The notes beneath the pieces are model-generated. The model searched no databases. It was not told the origin of the DNA and was given only the letters and a program-made list of their open reading frames with translations. The position numbers and the translations under genes were made by a program. Shown piece by piece: positions 42,124 to 52,158 of a stretch of 64,000 nucleotides of DNA. Source of the stretch: Candidatus Dadabacteria bacterium (lineage in GTDB: Bacteria > Desulfobacterota_D > UBA1144 > Nemesobacterales > Nemesobacteraceae). The DNA lies in the NCBI GenBank assembly GCA_022819805.1, contig JAJEGO010000014.1, positions 6,521-70,520 of the forward strand, read 5' to 3'. Each line of letters opens with the position of its first letter. The stretch's first letter is position 1.

Positions 42124-44739
42124 GTGAGAAAGCTTGAAACCACAGAAAATGATCTTCTGAGTTTTTTTACCGATTCCTACGAGCATATACGCAGGCGCCA
42201 TTACGCGAGGACCAGGAAAAACAAGGCCCTCATAGGCTATGAGCTTGCCCGCGAGAGGACTGAGGTTGTGGACAGCCTCATCAAGCGGGCCCTTCTGCAG
42301 TACGGTTATCCGGAGCTTAAAGGTGTCTCCATAGTGGCTCTCGGGGGCTACGGCAGGGAGGAGCTTTCTCCGTATTCCGACATAGACCTTCTTTTTCTTC
42401 ATAAAAAAGGCTCAAAGGGCCTTGCCGAGGAGATAATAGAGCAGCTTCTTTACCTTCTTTGGGACACGAAGATGGATATAGGAAACTGCACGAGAAGCGT
42501 TGAGGAATGCAGGGAACTCTCAATGGACAGAAACGACGTCACCATCCTGAGCTCGCTTCTCGATTCGAGGTTTATCTGCGGGGACAGGGCTCTTTACGAC
42601 GAGCTTGAGAACGAAATTTACGGCGAGGTGCTCCCCAAGATTTCACATGATTTCATAAAGAGAAAGATAGACGAAAGAGACGCCAGGGGCGAGAGATACG
42701 GAAAGACCCTGTACATCCTCGAGCCTAACGTTAAGGAGGGAAGGGGAGGGCTGAGGGAATTCCAGACGGCGATGTGGATAGCCCAGGCGAGCTACAAGGC
42801 CAAAAGCTTCGAGGAAGTGCTCCAGAGAGGCTTCGTTTCGGAAAAGGAATACAGGGTGATGCGAAAATGCCTCAACTTCCTTCTGCTTGTGCGCGCGCAG
42901 CTGCATTACCAGGCGAAAAGAAGAGAGGACAACCTGAGCTTCGAGTTCCAGTCCCAGGCGGCTAAATCCTTCGGCTACAGGGACGGGAAGCTCCGCGATG
43001 TGGAGAAGTTCATGAGGATCTACTACCTGCGCGCTGCGGTGGTGGTGCAGCAGTCCCGCAGGCTGACGGAAAAGTGCACGAGGGCCTACACGCGCAGAAG
43101 GCTCACCAGAAAGGCCGTTCATCTTGACCACGGGTTTACGATACAGGGCAAGTATCTCTCTGTGACGAGCAGAAATGTTTTCAGCGAGGATTTCTGCAAC
43201 TTCCTGCGCGCGTTTGAGTACGCTGACCGCTACTCGGTCGAATTCAGCGAATACCTTGAAATTCTCATGAGCGAACAGGTCTTCCGCGTAGACGAAAAAG
43301 TGAGAAACGACCCGGAGTTCAACAGGATATTCATGAGGCTTCTGCGTTTCGGAAAGGATGTTTCGAAGATGCTGCTGAAGATGAACGAGATACGCCTTCT
43401 GGGTCGCCTCATACCGGAGTTCGGAAAGATAGTCTGTATGGTGCAGTTCGATTCCTATCACGTCTATACAGTCGACATACACTCCATATTCATGGTCAGG
43501 GAAATCGAAAGGCTTATAAATTACGAGTACGAAGAGAAATTCCGCTTTCTCACCAAGGTTGCCGAGACTCTGGTGAAAAAGCATGTTCTTTTCCTTGCGT
43601 GCCTTTTCCACGACATGGGGAAGGGTCAGGGGGGGAGCCATGCCCAGAAGGGGGCCGCCATGATCCCGAAGGTGGCCAAGAGGCTGGGTCTTAACGCTTC
43701 TGATACGGAACAACTTGAATTCTTGGTGAGACATCATCTGGCCATGGTTCATTTCTCCCAGAGAAGGGATCTTGACGACCCGGTGGTGCTCAATCGGCTG
43801 GCCAAATCCATCCCGGACGAAGAAACCCTCTCACTTCTCTACCTGCTGACTTTTGCGGACATAAGATCGGTCGGTCCTGACGTATGGAAGGACTGGACGG
43901 GGATGCTGCTTCAGGAACTCTACGTTAAGACGCTTCGGCAGATGTCTTCGGGTACGTACCGGCGCAAAACCGATGAGGAATGGATGGAGAAGATGACCTC
44001 GGACATAGTGCGCGACGCGGAGGGGGAGATTCCCAAGCAGAAGGTGAGAAAGATGCTGAAGAAAATGCCCGTCTCCTACTTCGGCCAGTTCTCGAGGCAG
44101 AATATCTTCCGCCACGTTAAGTTCCTGAACTCCATGGAGGGAAAGTTCGCGACGGAGGTGATCCGCTACGAGGAATACGACGAGTTTACGGTCTGCGCCC
44201 CTGACAAAAAAGGGATATTTTCCGTGTTCTGCGGGGTCCTGAGCGCGAACGGGCTCAATATCTTGGGGGCGAGAATCGTGACCACGCTCGACAAGAAGGC
44301 GTTTGATGTCTTCTATGTGGACAGGACCGACCACCTGACCGAAGAGGAGTATGGAGAGGTGTGGAAAAAGGTCGAGAAAAACCTCGGGGGGGTGCTTGAC
44401 GGAGATATTGAGGTTGACGAGTTGGTTGAGAGGAGGAAGAGAAATTATTCCTCCTACGGAAGAAAGGTTCCCGAGTATCCTCCGGAAATCGTGTTTGACA
44501 ACGAGTCTTCGGACAAGGCGACCGTGATAGAGGTTTACGCCCACGACCGGGAAGGGCTTCTCTACAGCATCACCAAAGCGATCGCCGAGCTGGGTCTCTC
44601 GGTTGACTACGCGAAAATCTCGACCAGGGCGGATCAGGGTGCGGATACGTTTTACGTGCGTGATTCTAGGGGACGCAAGATAAGCAGCGCAAAAAGACTC
44701 AAGAAGATAGAGGATTCTCTTATATCCGCAGTGAGTTAG
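42124..44739 (+). CDS. glnD: [Protein-PII] uridylyltransferase/uridylyl-removing enzyme GlnD
   Basis: 871 aa. Nucleotidyltransferase domain GGYGREELSPYSDIDLLFL, HD domain (HDMGKG) and two C-terminal ACT domains. Confidence 0.85.
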   Translation: MRKLETTENDLLSFFTDSYEHIRRRHYARTRKNKALIGYELARERTEVVDSLIKRALLQYGYPELKGVSIVALGGYGREELSPYSDIDLLFLHKKGSKGLAEEIIEQLLYLLWDTKMDIGNCTRSVEECRELSMDRNDVTILSSLLDSRFICGDRALYDELENEIYGEVLPKISHDFIKRKIDERDARGERYGKTLYILEPNVKEGRGGLREFQTAMWIAQASYKAKSFEEVLQRGFVSEKEYRVMRKCLNFLLLVRAQLHYQAKRREDNLSFEFQSQAAKSFGYRDGKLRDVEKFMRIYYLRAAVVVQQSRRLTEKCTRAYTRRRLTRKAVHLDHGFTIQGKYLSVTSRNVFSEDFCNFLRAFEYADRYSVEFSEYLEILMSEQVFRVDEKVRNDPEFNRIFMRLLRFGKDVSKMLLKMNEIRLLGRLIPEFGKIVCMVQFDSYHVYTVDIHSIFMVREIERLINYEYEEKFRFLTKVAETLVKKHVLFLACLFHDMGKGQGGSHAQKGAAMIPKVAKRLGLNASDTEQLEFLVRHHLAMVHFSQRRDLDDPVVLNRLAKSIPDEETLSLLYLLTFADIRSVGPDVWKDWTGMLLQELYVKTLRQMSSGTYRRKTDEEWMEKMTSDIVRDAEGEIPKQKVRKMLKKMPVSYFGQFSRQNIFRHVKFLNSMEGKFATEVIRYEEYDEFTVCAPDKKGIFSVFCGVLSANGLNILGARIVTTLDKKAFDVFYVDRTDHLTEEEYGEVWKKVEKNLGGVLDGDIEVDELVERRKRNYSSYGRKVPEYPPEIVFDNESSDKATVIEVYAHDREGLLYSITKAIAELGLSVDYAKISTRADQGADTFYVRDSRGRKISSAKRLKKIEDSLISAVS

Positions 44740-44757
44740 AGAGAGAAGGCGGTTTTA

Positions 44758-46338
44758 ATGAGCGGAAAAATTATTGACGTCGAGTGCGATTTTCTCGTTG
44801 TGGGCGGAGGGCTTGCGGGTCTTTACGCCGCCGTGTGCGCGTCGTCTCTTGGCCGGTGTGTGGTAGTGACCAAGCAGACCCTTGTGCAGAGCAACTCGTA
44901 CTGGGCCCAGGGGGGAATAGCGGCCGCTGTGGATCCCGAGGATTCTCCAGTTTTTCACAAAGAGGACACTGTTACCGCCGGAAGAGGGCTTTGTGACTCC
45001 CGCGCCGTGCAGATTCTTGTTGAGGAGGGAAGGGAGAGGGTTACGGACCTTATAAACCTCGGCATGAAATTCGATTCCGACGACAGCGGTCTCCTGCTCG
45101 GTCTTGAAGGCGGTCACTCGAAAAGAAGGGTTCTTCACGCGGGAGGGGATTCCACGGGAAAGGAGATGATCGATTTTCTGATCTCCTATGTGAGCTCAAG
45201 CGAATCGGTAACCATTCTGGAACTTGTAACGGTCACCGACATAATCTCGGACGGGGAAAGATGCTACGGCGTCTGGGGTTACGACGAGGGGAGGGAAAGC
45301 TACGTGAGTATAGCCTCTCCTTCCACCATACTCGCCACCGGCGGCGCAAGCGCTCTTTACAGAAGGACCACCAATCCGGAAGGAGCCTCGGGAGAGGGCA
45401 TATCGCTTGCCTGGAGGGCGGGAGCCGAGATCTCCGACATGGAGTTCGTGCAGTTCCATCCCACGGTTTTCAGCGGCAAAAAAGGCGACGCTTTTCTCCT
45501 GACCGAGGCTATAAGAGGAGAGGGCGCCTACCTGCTGAACGCCTGGGGAACGAGATTCATGGAACGCTACAGCCCCCTCCTTGAGCTTGCCCCGAGAGAC
45601 GTGGTTTCAAAGGCGATTCACAGCGAGATGAGATCCTGCGGGGAGGATTATGTCTACCTCGACCTCTCCCATATGGATCCTGAATTCGTCAGAAAAAGGT
45701 TCTCCACCATAGAGAGACTCTGCAGGGACTCGGGTTTTGACCTCACAAGAGACCACATCCCGGTGGCTCCCGCCGCCCATTACACCATAGGGGGAGTGAG
45801 AACCGGTCTCATGGGGGAAACCAGCATAGAAGGGCTTTACGCCTGCGGCGAGGTTTCAAACACCGGCGTGCACGGGGCCAACCGCCTTGCGAGCAACTCG
45901 CTTCTTGAGTGCATGGTGTTTGCCAAAAGATGCGTCGACGGCGCGGCGGGCGGGCGGAATCCGGGCGGCGCCGGCGGAGATTTCGGGGGTTTCATGCTTG
46001 CCGACACAAGGGAAGCTGACGCTGAGTTCTTCAACGAGGCCCGCGACGCGATAATCAGGGGAATGAGCGCTTATCTCGGTATAGTCAGGGAGCGGAAGGG
46101 AGTGGAGCGATTCATCACGCAGCTTGAGGAAATTTCCTCGGCGAGCGAGGGTGTTACCGGGTGGTTCGGCTTTAAGCTCGGGACGATGCTTGATGTTTGC
46201 CTGCTCGTCGCGCGGGCCGCTCTTTTGAGAAAGGAGTCGCGGGGAGCCCATATGAGATCCGATTATCCGGAAGAGGACTCAGGTTATGAGAAGCATCTGG
46301 TTTTCAGGAAAGGCGTAGAAGCCTACGGAGACAACTGA
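44758..46338 (+). CDS. nadB: L-aspartate oxidase NadB
   Basis: FAD-binding DFLVVGGGLAGL and RLASNSLLE motifs. Confidence 0.9.
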   Translation: MSGKIIDVECDFLVVGGGLAGLYAAVCASSLGRCVVVTKQTLVQSNSYWAQGGIAAAVDPEDSPVFHKEDTVTAGRGLCDSRAVQILVEEGRERVTDLINLGMKFDSDDSGLLLGLEGGHSKRRVLHAGGDSTGKEMIDFLISYVSSSESVTILELVTVTDIISDGERCYGVWGYDEGRESYVSIASPSTILATGGASALYRRTTNPEGASGEGISLAWRAGAEISDMEFVQFHPTVFSGKKGDAFLLTEAIRGEGAYLLNAWGTRFMERYSPLLELAPRDVVSKAIHSEMRSCGEDYVYLDLSHMDPEFVRKRFSTIERLCRDSGFDLTRDHIPVAPAAHYTIGGVRTGLMGETSIEGLYACGEVSNTGVHGANRLASNSLLECMVFAKRCVDGAAGGRNPGGAGGDFGGFMLADTREADAEFFNEARDAIIRGMSAYLGIVRERKGVERFITQLEEISSASEGVTGWFGFKLGTMLDVCLLVARAALLRKESRGAHMRSDYPEEDSGYEKHLVFRKGVEAYGDN

Positions 46339-47186
46339 TGAAAGTCTGCGAAAATTACCCCCCGGAAGTGGATACCGTTTTGGAACTTGCCCTTCGGGAA
46401 GATATAGGAAGCGGGGACGTTACGACAGAGAGCATAGTTCCCGAAGATGCCGTTTTAACAGGAGAGATACTCGCGAAGGGGGCCGGGGTGGTTTCGGGGA
46501 TCGGGCTTTGCGGCGCGGTTTTTCGTAAACTTGACCCTGACTGCGAGTGGGAGGAGACGGTTTGCGACGGAGACAAGGTTTCGCCTGGAGACACCCTCGC
46601 TCGCGTTAAGGGCAGGAGCAGGGCGATTCTTTCGGCTGAGCGGACAGCCCTTAACATCCTTCAGAAGATGAGCGGCATCTCGACTCTCACTTCTGCTTTC
46701 ATCGAAGCTGCGGGCGGATCTGAAGTCAAGATAAAGGATACGAGAAAGACGCTTCCGGGACTCAGGTGGATCAGCAAGTACTCCGTGGCCGCGGGCGGGG
46801 GGCACAATCACCGCGCCGGACTTTACGACGGAGTGCTCATAAAGGACAATCACATAAAGGCCGCGGGGGGTATAGCGGCAGCCGTCGGGAGGGCAAGAGA
46901 AGGTGTCGGAGAAGATTTCTCGGTAGAGGTCGAGGCTAAAACCCTGAAGCAGGTAAAAGAGGCGGTTTCCTGCGGCGCCGACGTCATAATGCTTGACAAC
47001 ATGGACATTGCGGAAATCAGGGAAGCCGTGCGTTTCATAGACCGCCGCGCCCTTGTGGAGGCGTCCGGCGGAGTCGCCCTTGAGAACGTAGGAGAGATAG
47101 CCCGAAGCGGTGTCGATTTCATATCGGTCGGCGCCCTCACGCACTCGGCTCCGTGTTTAGATATTTCCTTTGATGTGTTAGACTGA
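46338..47186 (+). CDS. nadC: Nicotinate-nucleotide pyrophosphorylase [carboxylating] NadC
   Basis: QPRTase fold motifs (TRKT.PGLR, HR.GLYD, IMLDNM). Start overlaps the nadB stop. Confidence 0.9.
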   Translation: MKVCENYPPEVDTVLELALREDIGSGDVTTESIVPEDAVLTGEILAKGAGVVSGIGLCGAVFRKLDPDCEWEETVCDGDKVSPGDTLARVKGRSRAILSAERTALNILQKMSGISTLTSAFIEAAGGSEVKIKDTRKTLPGLRWISKYSVAAGGGHNHRAGLYDGVLIKDNHIKAAGGIAAAVGRAREGVGEDFSVEVEAKTLKQVKEAVSCGADVIMLDNMDIAEIREAVRFIDRRALVEASGGVALENVGEIARSGVDFISVGALTHSAPCLDISFDVLD

Positions 47187-47223
47187 AAGTTGCGGGACAT
47201 ATGATGGATGTCCGGCTGTTACG

Positions 47224-48177
47224 ATGGACAGTTTACGTGACGTTTCAGAAGAAATAGACAGGCTGAGGAAGGAAAAAAACGCGGTAATTCTGGCCCACAA
47301 CTACCAGATACCCGAAATCCAGGATCTTGCGGACTATACGGGAGACTCCCTAGGTCTCTCGCAGAAGGCTTCTGAAACCGACGCGGAAATCATTGTCTTC
47401 TGCGGAGTCCACTTCATGGCCGAAACCGCGTCCATTATCTCTCCCGAAAAAAAGGTGCTTATTCCGGACCCCGGGGCGGGCTGCTCCCTTGACGAGACCA
47501 TAAACCTCGATCAGCTTAAGGAATGGAAATCGGAGCATCCAGACGCACTTGTGGTTTCCTACGTCAACACCTCGGCTGCCGTTAAGTCGGAGACCGACTA
47601 CTGCGTTACTTCCTCAAACGCAGTCAAGATAGTGGAGTCCATTCCCAAGGACAGGGAGATACTTTTTCTGCCGGACCTGTTTCTGGGCGCATTCGTCTCC
47701 AAGGTTACGGGCAGAAAGATTCACATCTGGCCCGGGGAATGCCACGTGCACGCGGGAATAAGGCCCAGGGACATAAGGAAGATAAAGGAATCCTATCCGA
47801 ATGCGGAAATGGTAGTTCACCCCGAATGCGGCTGCACCACATCTTTTCTTCATTCCGCAGCCGGGGATGATGAGCTTGCAAAGGAGATAAAGTTTTTCTC
47901 TACAGGAAAGATGATTGACTACACGCGCAATTCCGACACTCCGGAGTTCGTGGTAGCGACTGAAACCGGCATACTCCACACGCTCAGGAAGCAAAGCCCT
48001 GAAAAAAAATTCTACCCCGCCAAGGATGACGCGATCTGCGAGTACATGAAGATGATAACGGTCGATAAGGTGCTGAATTCGCTAAGGGAAGAGGTGTATG
48101 AGGTCAGGGTTCCGGAGGATATTGCCCGCAAGGCCAAAAAATCGATAGACAGGATGCTTTACATCTCGGCTCAATAA
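47224..48177 (+). CDS. nadA: Quinolinate synthase NadA
   Basis: AVILAHNYQ N-terminus and three conserved Cys ligands. Confidence 0.9.
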   Translation: MDSLRDVSEEIDRLRKEKNAVILAHNYQIPEIQDLADYTGDSLGLSQKASETDAEIIVFCGVHFMAETASIISPEKKVLIPDPGAGCSLDETINLDQLKEWKSEHPDALVVSYVNTSAAVKSETDYCVTSSNAVKIVESIPKDREILFLPDLFLGAFVSKVTGRKIHIWPGECHVHAGIRPRDIRKIKESYPNAEMVVHPECGCTTSFLHSAAGDDELAKEIKFFSTGKMIDYTRNSDTPEFVVATETGILHTLRKQSPEKKFYPAKDDAICEYMKMITVDKVLNSLREEVYEVRVPEDIARKAKKSIDRMLYISAQ

Positions 48178-48234
48178 CTGCCTGCGGGTTGCGTTTCGAA
48201 TTGTCGCCTGCTTGCAGGCTGAGGTCCCCTCTTT

Positions 48235-50124
48235 CTAGAATGTAATGCGTGCTCCGAGACTGAACTCGTGATTGAGTTTAGGGCCGTTGCCGAAGCGCCC
48301 CGAGTAACCGATGAAAGTTTTTATCCGGCTGCTGATGTCGGCGGTAAGACCGCCGCCGGCGTTTACCCATTGGCTCGGCGGTTCGAAACCCGAGAGAGTA
48401 AAGCGGCCGGACATGGTGTTCGATCCCGCGGTGACTGAAACTGGATCGTCGTTAAGCTCTCTCTCATAAGAGAAGCGGACATATGGGAGCAGCCTTTCGC
48501 TTAGACCCAGATTTCCTTTGAACTGATACCCCGCCCTGGCGATCAGGGAGTCGCGTTCAAAGTCCGAGAAGTTCATTGAGGTGGACGTGCTGCCGTTTTC
48601 CCTGTAGCCGTCGATTTTCTGATTTAACCACCCGAGCCCAAAAAACAGATTGTGTCTGTAACTCTCGGATGCGCCCAGAACCCAGCCCGCTTCAACATCG
48701 GTTCCGAACTGGTAAGAGCTTGTGGAACCCTGCTCCGTGCGCAACGCTGATCCAAGCCGGATCGAACGGTCGATGTCAATGGATGCTCCGCCCGCGTTAA
48801 AGGCGCCGCTTAGGTAAAAAACGTCGTAAATAAGGGTGCCGTGCAACGAGCCTGTAACAACAATGCTGTCGATGCTTGCGCCCGAGACATCATTGTCGTG
48901 GTTCCCGAGACTCAGTGCCGCGCCCAGATAGAACGCATCCCCGATGCGGTAGTCGGTACCCAAAGTGAGTACCCGCGTTTCGGCCTTCATTTCACCCAGA
49001 TGTGACAGGGATTCGAGTTCATATTTGCCCAGGTGCCCCCTCGCGTAGCTATGCCATTTTCCGGCCGGGCGATTAGACCCGAGATCAAGCATCCGCTCCG
49101 TAAATACGGCGTCGCGGTGCACCCTGGCAACTTCTACTGCCCCCTCCCCTCCAAGCGATACCTGAACCGGGGCCGTGAGGGTGGAAATTACTGTATTTGC
49201 GACCGCCGCGTGAACCGCTCCGCTGGGATGGGAACCATCCGCAAAAAGATAAGTCTCATCGGTTTTGGGAGGCGAGAGATAGCCTGAGTCGGTCGGGCCG
49301 CACACAAGCGACTCTATTCCCCCACCGGGGCGCAGGGGATTGGAACCGGGAGTACAAGCTATTTCATCAGTGTTGGTGAATCCGTAGTTCGCAGGATCTT
49401 CAAATATCTCGTTCATCAGGGCGAAGGCATTTACGGGAATGATTCCGTGTTCAAGAGAACCGAGACCCGTGTCCAGTGCTTCATTGTAGGCGCTGGCTAG
49501 AGCGGAGAGCCCGGCCGCGGCTGTAGCTCCGGCGTGCTGGGCGTTTAAGGTTTTGCCGGCATCGGGCAAGTTGAGCACCACGACGTAACGCGCGCCGGCG
49601 TCTTGAAGACCTCGGATCTGATCTACGTACGCTCCCGCCGCATTCAGGGTGCCTTCAAGAGCGCCTTGGGGATCAGACTGATTTTCCCCGACTACGGCGC
49701 TTATATCGTTTACTCCGCCCCAGATCATATAAAGCGTGTCCGGGTCTGCGCTTGCGCCCGAGAGATGCTGGTCAATCTGCTGCTGCGTTGTGGGCACCGT
49801 GTTCTCACAGGTGACGTTTGGGTCTACGCAGGCTCCGCCCCAGGAATAGTTTGTTCCGCCAGCGAGCGAATTGATTGCCGACGCTCCAAAGGCTTCGGCC
49901 ACGATTTCCGCCCAGATCGGGTCGGGATTCGTTGTGAAGCTCGTGCCGTCTGGAACTGTTAATCCGAGAGGCTGGACCAGAGGTTTATAGGACTCGGCGG
50001 TATTTCCAGAGTCAGTCAAGCTGTCGCCGAACACGACGACCGAGCTAAACGTTTGAGATCGAACATTGCCGGCAAGTGCGAACAGGATTGCAATCGCAAG
50101 GAAAAAACGCAGATGTCTGAACAT
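48235..50124 (-). CDS. GDSL-family lipase/esterase autotransporter (EstA-like)
   Basis: Signal peptide. SGNH block I VVFGDSLTDSGN. C-terminal roughly 300-aa beta-domain ending ...SLGARITF. Confidence 0.8.
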   Translation of the reverse strand: MFRHLRFFLAIAILFALAGNVRSQTFSSVVVFGDSLTDSGNTAESYKPLVQPLGLTVPDGTSFTTNPDPIWAEIVAEAFGASAINSLAGGTNYSWGGACVDPNVTCENTVPTTQQQIDQHLSGASADPDTLYMIWGGVNDISAVVGENQSDPQGALEGTLNAAGAYVDQIRGLQDAGARYVVVLNLPDAGKTLNAQHAGATAAAGLSALASAYNEALDTGLGSLEHGIIPVNAFALMNEIFEDPANYGFTNTDEIACTPGSNPLRPGGGIESLVCGPTDSGYLSPPKTDETYLFADGSHPSGAVHAAVANTVISTLTAPVQVSLGGEGAVEVARVHRDAVFTERMLDLGSNRPAGKWHSYARGHLGKYELESLSHLGEMKAETRVLTLGTDYRIGDAFYLGAALSLGNHDNDVSGASIDSIVVTGSLHGTLIYDVFYLSGAFNAGGASIDIDRSIRLGSALRTEQGSTSSYQFGTDVEAGWVLGASESYRHNLFFGLGWLNQKIDGYRENGSTSTSMNFSDFERDSLIARAGYQFKGNLGLSERLLPYVRFSYERELNDDPVSVTAGSNTMSGRFTLSGFEPPSQWVNAGGGLTADISSRIKTFIGYSGRFGNGPKLNHEFSLGARITF

Positions 50125-50410
50125 TAAAAAGGCAACTACTCCTATAACTGGCCACTTACCCCATCATATTCTTAAGGAATTATTCTCTCAGGTTGACATA
50201 TTACCGACGTCAACCGAACATCACAGGCTGTGAAAGCTCCATACGGTCTAGTAGGAATTTTATTCTCCTGCTCAACTGCTTGTTAAGTAAAGATTAAGTT
50301 ATCTTAGGGTGATACGGAACCCTTAGTCCTAACGAGCCACCCCTTGCTCCACTCGGATGAATAGAATTCTCAAACCTCTCCCACATGAATTCGCGGCAAT
50401 TTGCCTTCCT

Positions 50411-52138
50411 TCAGTACCCATGTGCCAATCCTCCCGGATGCCTGGGATCAGCCGCTCCGTGAAAGAACCCACGGACCCTGGTTACGCTCTGCGTGCTTCC
50501 CATCGAGCCGGTTTTCTTTACTTCGTATCCTTTTTTCCGCAGTTTGATTTCAAGATCTTCTCCCGCATTTTTCTCCACGTACAAGATGTCGGGGAGCCAC
50601 TGGTGATGTATCCTCGGTGCCCCCACGGCTTCGCGGATGCTCATTTTGTGGTCGATCACGTTCAGGATGACCTGGAGCACGGACGTTATTATTCTGCTTC
50701 CCCCGGGGCTTCCCGTCGCCAGGAGAAATTCCTCGTCCTTCAGCACTATGGTCGGGGTCATGGAGCTTAGCATCCTCTTGCCGGGGGCGATGGAGTTTTT
50801 TTCGCCGCCGATAAGGCCGTAAGCGTTAGGCGCTCCGGGTTTTGCCGAAAAATCGTCCATTTCGTTATTTAGCAGTATCCCGGTTCCTGCCACGGCCAGC
50901 CCCGAGCCGTAGGAGAAATTAAGCGTGTACGTGTTTGAAACCACGTTCCCGAACCTGTCGGCCACGGTGAAGTGGGTGGTGTCGGTGCCTTGTGCGGGGA
51001 CAGGCAAGCCGGGCTTTACGTATCTGCTCGGAGTTGGTTTCTGGGGATTGATCCGGTTTGCGAGGCGTTTTGCGTACTGCTTTGAGATCAACTGTTCTGT
51101 GGGAATCGGGGAGAAATCCGGGTCGCCCAGGTATTTTGACCTGTCGGCGTAGGCAAGCTTCATGGTCTCCGAGAGAATGTGCACGTATTGGGCGGAATTA
51201 TGCCCGTATCTCCCTAGCGGATAGCGCTCAAGGATGTTGAGCATCTCGATGAGATGAACCCCTCCCGAGCTTGGAGGCGGCATTGAATGGACCTCGTAGC
51301 CTCTGTAGCTTCCGCTCGCGGGTTCCCTAATAAGGGCTTCGTAGGACGCAAGGTCCCGTTCGGTTATAAGACCCCCTTCCTGTTTCATGTAGGCAGCGAT
51401 TTTCTTCGCTACGGCTCCCCTGTAAAACGCTCGGGGCCCAGTTCTGCTTATCTGCCTAAGGCTCCACGCCAGGTTCTTCTGCTTCAGGATTTCTCCTTCC
51501 CTGGGCGGCTCTCCGTTGTTTCTGAAAAAAACGTCCATGCTCTCGGCCGATTTTTTCATCCGGTCTTCCGCACGCAGAAGCGATTCTCTGAGGTCCGCCG
51601 AAACCGAAAATCCCTCTTCCGCAAGCTTTATCGCGGGCGCAATAACTTTTTCAAGCGGCATGGTTCCGTATTTCTCAAGCGCAAGCGATAGCCCCGCGAC
51701 CGTTCCCGGGATCCCAGAGGAATAGATGCTGTGCCGCGCGCGCTCCACGTCTACCTCTCCTTTTTTATCGAGAAACATGTTGCGCGTGGCTTTAAGCGGA
51801 GCTTTTTCTCTGTAATCTATGGCGACGGTCCGTCCCGTTTTGCCCAGATGAACCAGCATGAATCCGCCGCCCCCGAGATTTCCGGCCCTCGGGTAAGTGA
51901 CCGCAAGCGCGAATCCCATGGCGACCGCGGCATCAACCGCGTTTCCGCCCTCCTTGAGCACTGAGAGGCCGACAAGAGTCGCAATCCGGTCGTCGGATAC
52001 AACCATGCCGTTTCGAGAGGATGCGGGTTCAGTTGTGCTTTCGCTTAAGGATCCGGGTTCTGCGCGAGCGGACGTGACCAAGATAGATAAAACCAGTAAG
52101 AGTGTGACGGTGTGTTTAAGGATTGAATCCGCGGGCAT
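50411..52138 (-). CDS. ggt: Gamma-glutamyltranspeptidase Ggt
   Basis: 575 aa. Signal peptide. Autoprocessing Thr context (TTHFTVAD). GGNAVDAAVA N-terminal motif. Confidence 0.85.
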   Translation of the reverse strand: MPADSILKHTVTLLLVLSILVTSARAEPGSLSESTTEPASSRNGMVVSDDRIATLVGLSVLKEGGNAVDAAVAMGFALAVTYPRAGNLGGGGFMLVHLGKTGRTVAIDYREKAPLKATRNMFLDKKGEVDVERARHSIYSSGIPGTVAGLSLALEKYGTMPLEKVIAPAIKLAEEGFSVSADLRESLLRAEDRMKKSAESMDVFFRNNGEPPREGEILKQKNLAWSLRQISRTGPRAFYRGAVAKKIAAYMKQEGGLITERDLASYEALIREPASGSYRGYEVHSMPPPSSGGVHLIEMLNILERYPLGRYGHNSAQYVHILSETMKLAYADRSKYLGDPDFSPIPTEQLISKQYAKRLANRINPQKPTPSRYVKPGLPVPAQGTDTTHFTVADRFGNVVSNTYTLNFSYGSGLAVAGTGILLNNEMDDFSAKPGAPNAYGLIGGEKNSIAPGKRMLSSMTPTIVLKDEEFLLATGSPGGSRIITSVLQVILNVIDHKMSIREAVGAPRIHHQWLPDILYVEKNAGEDLEIKLRKKGYEVKKTGSMGSTQSVTRVRGFFHGAADPRHPGGLAHGY

Positions 52139-52158
52139 CTGGGGCGGCCGTGGAGCGT